Shown here: positions 47,802 through 54,787 of the stretch, in pieces
Layout: each line of letters starts with the position of its first letter
Position numbering within the stretch: position 1 is the first letter of the stretch
DNA from: Nemertoderma westbladi
Taxonomy: Eukaryota > Animalia > Xenacoelomorpha
Length of the DNA: 54,787 nucleotides
Direction: 5' to 3'
NCBI GenBank assembly: GCA_032718475.1
Contig: JAUCBJ010003134.1
Span: 1 to 54,787, forward strand
Position numbers and translations under genes: made by a program
The notes under the pieces: generated by a model
The model's input: the letters and a program-made list of their open reading frames with translations, nothing else
Told to the model about the DNA's origin: nothing
The model's database searches: none

Positions 47802-48036
47802 GCAGCGAGGGAGGTTTACATAATAACCGAGGATCTTTAACACACAAGGGTCAACTTATATGGAGTTCCAAACTCTCAATTAATTAATCACTTTAATGTT
47901 GTTGTTTAGGAATATTGATGAAATTTATATTTATTTATATAATAAATTAATTGCAGTAATTTCAACAACGAATTAAAGTGGCATTAAAGTTCTACATTAA
48001 AGACCCTCGTTTATATATGTAAACCCTCCTCGCTGC
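47802..48036. repeat. Intronic inverted repeat with about 40-bp arms (MITE-like)
   Basis: GCAGCGAGGGAGGTTTACATAATAACCGAGGATCTTTAA pairs imperfectly with 47997-48036. Confidence 0.65.
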
Positions 48037-48485
48037 GCTCGTTCGTTACATAAATATATACACTCGGGTCATAATGCTGAAAATTGTTACTTTCCACTCA
48101 ATGATATTGTAAATAGTTACTAACTTAAGATTGAAAAATGTTAACTTTTTATTATCAATTTTTATTATATATTTTATATATTTATAATTTTTTATTTTTA
48201 AAAATATTATAAATGTATTATAAATAATAAATTTATTCCTCTATTTATTCTGTACCAATTCGTGTAAAAATATACCTGATAGCAACTATATTACTATCGC
48301 ACCAACAAACAGAATAGAAACATAGCTATAAATATTAATATTAATAAATATTAAATAATAATATAATAAATACTAAACAAATAAATAAATAAATATTAAA
48401 ACATATTATAAATAATAAATTTATTATTTATTATAATATATAATATATAAATTTATTATACGATATAAACTTGTTTCCCTTACAG

Positions 48486-49064
48486 GTCCATCTCCTTCAC
48501 GAAGATCGAGGCGCCGTTATAGAGAGTATAGTAGCTCGAACTCTGAGACAAGTTGAGTCGTCGCAGAAACTCATACGGATCATCGGGTTGAGCGCTACGT
48601 TACCCAACTACCTGGACGTGGCTCGGTTCCTCCGGGTCGACCCGTACTCCGGGTTGTTCTACTTCGACGGGAGATTCCGACCGGTGCCCCTCAAACAAAA
48701 CTTTATTGGGATTAAAGCGATTGGGAAGTTACAGCAGTTGCAGGATATGGATCGTGTTTGTTACGATAAGGTGTTCGAGGATGTGAGACAAGGGGAGCAG
48801 GTGTTGGTGTTCGTGCACGCACGTAACGCCACGGGGAAGACGGCCTCCGTTCTCAGCGATATCGCGAAGAACCAGGGGGAGACCTCGTTGTTCCTACCGG
48901 ACGTTAACTGTCCGGATTATGGGGTCGCCCAGAAACAGGTCTCTCTGTCGCGGAATAAACAGCTGAAGGATTTGTTTCAGTTTGGATTCGGTATCCATCA
49001 CGCTGGGATGCTGAGGCAGGACCGTACGTTAATGGAGCGGTTGTTCACGCAGGGCCATATAAAG
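48486..49064 (+). CDS. ASCC3: ASCC3 coding exon 3
   Basis: Acceptor TTCCCTTACAG, then VHLLHEDRG...GLSATLPN...RPVPL...HHAGM. Donor AAG|GTAGG. Confidence 0.96.
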
Positions 49065-49275
49065 GTAGGGGGGGGGGGGGGGGGGGGGGGGGTAGACTTC
49101 AGTAGAACTAATAATGTCGAATAAGAAACATGCGATGCTTTGTATGTGGTCGGGATGCTAAGATTGTTTAAATGTAAATATCAGACAATTTCTAACCCCA
49201 TTCCCTTCATTTATACTTTACAACTTCAGATAAACTAATTTGTTTATATACTTTCACTTTTGTTGTTGATTTCAG

Positions 49276-52200
49276 GTGTTGGTTACCACAGCAACCCTGG
49301 CCTGGGGTGTCAACCTCCCCGCCCACTCGGTTGTTATTAAAGGAACCGAGATGTACGACTCCACTAAGGGTTGTTTCGTCGACATTGGGATCCTCGACGT
49401 GCTCCAGATAATGGGCCGGGCGGGTCGGCCCCAGTTCGACACCCTGGGGGTCGGCACTATAATAACCACCCACGACAAACTGTCCCACTATCTGTCTATG
49501 GCCTCCAGACAGTCGCCCATAGAGAGTCAGTTCGCGGACAAACTGCACAACAACCTGAACGCGGAAGTGAGTCTGGGCACCGTGGCAACCATCGACGAGG
49601 CCGTCCAATGGCTGTCCTACACCTACATGTTCGTGCGGATGCGATGCAACCCATTGGTCTACGGGATCAACCTGAACGCAGTGCAGACGGATCCGGGGCT
49701 GGACAAACACCGACGTGACCTTATTGTCGCCTCGGCTAATGCTCTGGACGCCGCTAAGATGGTCCGATACGACCCACGTACGGGGTACCTCTCGCCGACT
49801 GATCTCGGTCGCATCGCCTCCCATTACTACATCAACTACGAGACGGTGACCACCTTCAACGAAGCGTTCACCGATCATATGAACGAGTCCGAGGTATTCA
49901 ACATGCTCGCCATGAGCTCCGAGTTCTCACAGATGAAAGTTCGGGATGATGAACTCAGTGAGTTGGATAGACTAATTGGGGAGGAGGCTGTGATGCAGGT
50001 GAAGGGGGGAGTTGAGCACGGATTCGGTAAGACCAACCTACTCCTACAGACCTACGTATCCCGCAGCTCCGTGGATAGTTTCTCCTTGATCTCGGACTTG
50101 TCGTACGTGTCACAGAACGCGGGTCGTCTGATGCGCGCGATGTTCCAGATGGTGTTGCATTGGGGTTGGCCGGTAATGGCCGCTCGGTTGCTGCAGTTGT
50201 GTCTTTGTTTCGACCATCGGATGTGGCCCTGGGAGACTCCACTGCGTCAGTTCTCTACTCTCAGTTACGAGATCATCGGGAAAATAGAGAAGAATAAACT
50301 GCAAGTCGATCGATTGAGAGACATGAAGGCGGCGGAGATCGGACATCTGTTGCATCACGTATCAATAGGGAGTAAAGTTAAACAGTGCGTGAATGAGTTG
50401 CCGTTGATAGAGTTGGAGGCGGCTATCCAGCCGATAACGCGAACCGTTCTTAGGATAAAGTTGGTAATCATTCCGAGGTTCACCTGGAACGACCGTATCC
50501 ACGGCGCCTCCGAACCCTTCTGGGTCTGGGTCGAGGACCCCGATAACTCCCACATCTACCACTACGAGTCCATCAGCATCTCTAAGAAACAGGTTACCGA
50601 GCGCGAGCTCTGCACCGCGGTGTTCACCATCCCGATCTTCGAGCCCCTCCCTGCCCAGTACTACGTCCGTGTCGTCTCCGACCGGTGGCTCGGCTGCTCC
50701 ACCACCGAGCCCATCTCGTTCCAGCACCTCATCCTCCCGGAACGCCATCCCCCGCACACTGAGCTGCTCGATCTCACGCCGCTCCCGGTCGCCGCCCTGG
50801 GGGACTCCCGTCTCGAGAATCTCTACACCTTCTCCCACTTCAACCCCATACAGACGCAGGTATTCCATTCGCTATACCACTCGGACCGCAACGTGCTGCT
50901 GGGTGCGCCTACCGGCTCCGGTAAGACGATCGCCGCCGAGTTGGCCATGTTCCGGGTATTCCGAGAGTATCCCAACATGAAGTGCGTCTACATCGCCCCG
51001 CTAAAGGCGCTGGTACGCGAGCGCGTCACAGACTGGAAGATTCGTTTGCAAAGTCGGTTGGGGAAGCGGGTGGTGGAACTAACTGGTGACGTCACGCCGG
51101 ATGCTGGCGCCGTGGCTAACTGTGACGTCATTGTGACGACCCCAGAAAAGTGGGACGGGATCTCCAGATCATGGCAGACCAGGAACTACGTGCAGAGTGT
51201 CGCGCTGATCGTGATCGATGAGATTCATCTACTGGGAGACGATCGGGGTCCCGTGTTGGAGGTGATCGTGACCCGGACCAACTACATCGGCTCCCACACC
51301 GAGCACAAAGTCCGCGTCGTCGGTCTGTCTACCGCGCTCGCCAACGCACGCGATCTAGCGGACTGGCTGGGAATCGATTCCCCCGCGGGCCTCTACAACT
51401 TCCGGCCTTCGGTTCGCCCCGTCCCGCTAGAGGTCCACATCAGCGGCTTCCCAGGGCAGCACTACTGCCCGCGGATGGCGACTATGAATCGTCCCGCCTT
51501 CAAGGCGATTCGCGCCCACTCCCCCCGTAAACCCGCGCTCATATTCGTGAGTTCCCGTCGTCAGACTCGACTCACCGCGCTCGATCTAATCGCCCTCCTC
51601 GTCGCCGAAGACGACCCGAAACAGTGGCTCCACATGGACGACGTCGAAATGGATATGGTCTGCGGGGGTATTCGGGACTCGAACCTCCGCCTTACCTTGG
51701 CCTTTGGGATCGGGTTGCATCACGCCGGCCTGCAGGAGAAAGATAGAAAATGCGTCGAGGAATTATTCCTCAACTCGAAGATTCAAGTTCTCGTTGCCAC
51801 TTCGACTCTGGCGTGGGGGGTTAACTTCCCCGCTCATTTGGTTATCGTAAAGGGAACGGAATACTTCGACGGTAAAACAAACCGCTATGTGGACTTCCCG
51901 ATAACCGACGTGCTACAGATGATGGGTCGTGCCGGACGTCCTCAGTTCGACGACCAAGGAGTCGCCGTTATTCTAGTTCAGGATATCAAGAAACATTTCT
52001 ACAAGAAGTTCCTTTACGAGCCGTTCCCCGTGGAGTCCAACCTGCTGCAGGTACTGCCCGATCATCTGAACGCGGAGATTGTCGCCGGGACGGTGAACAG
52101 CAAACAGGACGCTGTCGAGTACATCAGTTGGACTTACTTCTTCCGTCGGTTGGAGCGGAATCCGTCGTACTACGGGCTGGAGGACTCAGCTCTTGAGTCG

Positions 52201-53346
52201 GTGAACACGTTGCTCAGCGGGATGGTGGAGACAGCTGTTAACGACTTGGTTGATTGTAGCTGCGTCGAGGTGGAAGATACCGCGTTGGCTCCATTAACTC
52301 TCGGGCGTATCGCCTCCTACTACTACTTAAACCGCCGGACAATGCGTACCTTCCGACAGCGTCTCCACGCCGACATCTCCACCGAGGATTTATTATCGGT
52401 TTTGTCGGACGCGACTGAATTCGCCGAATTGCCGGTCCGACACAACGAGGATTCAATCAACTCAGATTTGGCGGCCTCGGTTCCCCTCCCTTGCAACCCG
52501 TACTCCTACGATTCCTCTCATACAAAGACATTCATCCTCTTCCAGACACATTTCTCTCGTGTTGATTTGCCGTCATCCGATTACATTACCGACACTAAAT
52601 CGGTCCTCGATCAATCTATCCGCGTTCTCCAAGCGATCATCGACATATCCGCGGACTCGGCGTGGCTCGCCACGGCGCTGCGAGCCATTACCCTCGTCCA
52701 GATGTGCGTCCAAGCCCGATGGTTCTGGGACTCGCCACTCCTGGTCCTTCCTCACCTCGATCTCTCCATGATTAACTCCGCGGACTCGCTGCCCCGTGCG
52801 CTCCGCTCCCCGGGGCGGTTCACCTCCGGGTTGCCTCTCGACTCCGACAAACTATCCGACGTTACGACCTCGCTCCGTCGCTTCCCGATCGTTAACGTCT
52901 CGGTGTCGCTGCGAGGATGGTCCGGCGACCGGGAGGTCGGACGTCCGGTGGAGCTGTCCGGGAATCCGGCGTCCCGCCGCTGGTTGTCCGTTAACGCAGA
53001 CCAGGAGTACACGCTGCGGGTCGAGTTACTCAGGTCTAGAACTCAGTCGCCTGGCAACCGGAAGGCCCTGGCCCCGCGGTTCTCTAAACCTAAAGACGAG
53101 GGCTGGTTTATCTTATTGGGTGACCTCGAGTCGCGTCAGCTGGTTGCTATGAAACGCTCGGGTTACGTAACCAATCGCAGTAAGGAGAATCTCGTGTTTA
53201 TAACTCCGGAGACGGAGGGTCGGGTTATTTATACGTTATACTTAATGTCCGACTGTTATTTGGGTCTGGATCAGCAGTACGACATCGCATTAGATGTCGG
53301 TCCGCTCGATTTAGAATCCATACTAAACTCAGAATTAGCCGACTAA
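49276..53346 (+). CDS. ASCC3: ASCC3 coding exon 4 (end of cassette 1, Sec63-1, helicase cassette 2, Sec63-2)
   Basis: Acceptor GATTTCAG; TATLAWGVNLPA, QIMGRAGRPQFD, APTGSGKT, DEIH, HYCPRMATMN, SDCYLGLDQQYD; TAA stop. An intact Walker A in cassette 2 and the N-terminus favour ASCC3 over SNRNP200. Confidence 0.97.
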   Translation: MLVTTATLAWGVNLPAHSVVIKGTEMYDSTKGCFVDIGILDVLQIMGRAGRPQFDTLGVGTIITTHDKLSHYLSMASRQSPIESQFADKLHNNLNAEVSLGTVATIDEAVQWLSYTYMFVRMRCNPLVYGINLNAVQTDPGLDKHRRDLIVASANALDAAKMVRYDPRTGYLSPTDLGRIASHYYINYETVTTFNEAFTDHMNESEVFNMLAMSSEFSQMKVRDDELSELDRLIGEEAVMQVKGGVEHGFGKTNLLLQTYVSRSSVDSFSLISDLSYVSQNAGRLMRAMFQMVLHWGWPVMAARLLQLCLCFDHRMWPWETPLRQFSTLSYEIIGKIEKNKLQVDRLRDMKAAEIGHLLHHVSIGSKVKQCVNELPLIELEAAIQPITRTVLRIKLVIIPRFTWNDRIHGASEPFWVWVEDPDNSHIYHYESISISKKQVTERELCTAVFTIPIFEPLPAQYYVRVVSDRWLGCSTTEPISFQHLILPERHPPHTELLDLTPLPVAALGDSRLENLYTFSHFNPIQTQVFHSLYHSDRNVLLGAPTGSGKTIAAELAMFRVFREYPNMKCVYIAPLKALVRERVTDWKIRLQSRLGKRVVELTGDVTPDAGAVANCDVIVTTPEKWDGISRSWQTRNYVQSVALIVIDEIHLLGDDRGPVLEVIVTRTNYIGSHTEHKVRVVGLSTALANARDLADWLGIDSPAGLYNFRPSVRPVPLEVHISGFPGQHYCPRMATMNRPAFKAIRAHSPRKPALIFVSSRRQTRLTALDLIALLVAEDDPKQWLHMDDVEMDMVCGGIRDSNLRLTLAFGIGLHHAGLQEKDRKCVEELFLNSKIQVLVATSTLAWGVNFPAHLVIVKGTEYFDGKTNRYVDFPITDVLQMMGRAGRPQFDDQGVAVILVQDIKKHFYKKFLYEPFPVESNLLQVLPDHLNAEIVAGTVNSKQDAVEYISWTYFFRRLERNPSYYGLEDSALESVNTLLSGMVETAVNDLVDCSCVEVEDTALAPLTLGRIASYYYLNRRTMRTFRQRLHADISTEDLLSVLSDATEFAELPVRHNEDSINSDLAASVPLPCNPYSYDSSHTKTFILFQTHFSRVDLPSSDYITDTKSVLDQSIRVLQAIIDISADSAWLATALRAITLVQMCVQARWFWDSPLLVLPHLDLSMINSADSLPRALRSPGRFTSGLPLDSDKLSDVTTSLRRFPIVNVSVSLRGWSGDREVGRPVELSGNPASRRWLSVNADQEYTLRVELLRSRTQSPGNRKALAPRFSKPKDEGWFILLGDLESRQLVAMKRSGYVTNRSKENLVFITPETEGRVIYTLYLMSDCYLGLDQQYDIALDVGPLDLESILNSELAD

Positions 53347-54008
53347 ATACTTGGTGCTGCACTATTAGTTGTTATATAAGAGTTGTCCTGTCCATAAAGG
53401 TTCGGGGGGGGGGGGGGGGGGGGGGGTTATTACTATTATTATTGTATTAATATATGATTTTTGTAATAAGAAAGCTTTCTTTTGTTTTTCGCTTCTAATG
53501 CTATATCCGGCAGCGGTGTGTGGATATTAGTGCTGAACACGGAAACTGAAATCCAAAACTAAAATTATTATTGAATTATTTTGTTAATCTATTTATTTTT
53601 TATTTATTTAAGACACTCAGTTTAATTTTAAACAATAAAATATAAACAGGGGGAACACCACCTAGGTACAAATACCTAATTATAAGTTAGATAGATAGAT
53701 AGTTTCATTTTATTTTGGAACATCCCGAAATAGGCTAAAAACAGCGCACCGCACAAATTAAAATTAAAGATCAATAAAATTATCACCAAATATACACAAG
53801 ATGTTACATAAGCGGCTAATGTTATAGCTTTAAAATATAAAATAATAGAAATAGAAATAAAATCAACATTTAATACAGACTATTAAAAATAAAATTTTTA
53901 GAGATTTCTATCAAATTTACAGTACACTGAAAAATCACATGTGCGAATACTATTTTTGAATGACTTTACACATAAATTATTCGTTTGGTAAACCATTCCA
54001 TACATTGA

Positions 54009-54787
54009 CTACTCGATTAAAAAAGGGGTTTCCAACATTGTTAGTGTTGTACTTAGTACTCCTAATTTTATAATTATGACCTCTAGTGGCCCCATAAGTC
54101 GACCGTTAAAATATATACTTGGATCTAACTCCACAAGGTTATGCAAAATCTTATAAGTGTACAGTAGATCTCTATGTAAACGCCTTACTTCTAGTGACTC
54201 TAGGTTTAAATATGATAACCTCTCCTTATATGGAGTTTCTGGGTCCAAATTGCATCTTGCAAAAATACGCCTGGTAAAGAAGCGCTGCACGCTTTCTAGT
54301 TTGTCAGTTAGGCCATAAAAAGGTGCACTCATGAGGAAGGGATTCCAGACTGTACTGTTGTATTCCAGAATCGGCCGGGTATAACTTTTGTAGGCTGTAA
54401 GCAGCGCCTCTTTGTCCGAGGTAATAAAGCACCTAAATAGTTTATGCAGAGATCTATAAACTGAATTAGAAATATTCGAGATATGCTAGGAAAAAGTTAA
54501 CTTTCTATCAATGACTATACCTAAATCGCGGAAAGATGCCACATTTTCGAGACCAGCACCATTGAAATGATATTCCGCTTCTTCGCCTGTCTTCCCAAGT
54601 GTAAGTATTTTACACTTGTGGCTGGCAGTGTTTAATTGCCAGGCCGTGGACCAGGCTCCAAAGTTATTTACGTCTTGCTGAAATTCAGGCCGTTCGGCCG
54701 TGTTATCAAAGTTTCTAAACAGTTTGGCATCATCCGCAAATAGGTGTGTGTGTGCACCATTAACTAAATTATTAGGCAGATCATTAA
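54009..54787 (-). mobile_element. CR1/L2-group LINE RT fragment running off the window end
   Basis: NDLP...LFADDAKLFR...WQL...KCKIL...RDLGIVID.KLTF, then a stop at about 54487, then RPILEYNSTVWNP...LESVQRFFTRRI...YKERL..LNLESLEVRR. Confidence 0.9.

Noticed and set aside
38278-53152. Antisense and alternate-frame ORFs over ASCC3 exons
   Set aside because: Shadows of GC-rich coding sequence with no recognisable motifs.
49276-53346. Alternative call SNRNP200/Brr2
   Set aside because: The N-terminal PRLxxAL and GCQV motifs and the HYCPRMATMN segment match ASCC3.

Overview
This is eukaryotic, most likely invertebrate animal, genomic DNA, not prokaryotic. It shows GT-AG introns, LINE, LTR and DNA transposons, and satellites; I see no rRNA, tRNA or CRISPR array. 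One complete conserved gene is present: ASCC3 (Ski2-like double helicase/Sec63) on the + strand, in 4 coding exons (38207-39175, 46443-47300, 48486-49064, 49276-53346; about 2158 aa). Its first intron is filled by a 6.5-kb array of a 21-bp TTAGG-containing repeat. The first 38 kb is mostly nested mobile DNA and tandem arrays: a BEL/Pao protease relic, three 5'-truncated RTE-like LINEs (two with TSDs), two CRE-like relics, a decayed Gypsy pol, solo LTRs, piggyBac-like, hAT-like and unclassified TIR elements, and 50-bp, 68-bp, 19-bp and GGGAATGT arrays. The most interesting unexplained signal is a pair of ORFs (9295-10917 and 14940-15542). By eye they encode a Gln-rich octapeptide repeat followed by tandem, divergent Lin28-like cold-shock domains without CCHC knuckles, and they may be one spliced gene. 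All family calls come from motif recognition by eye; no database searches were run.
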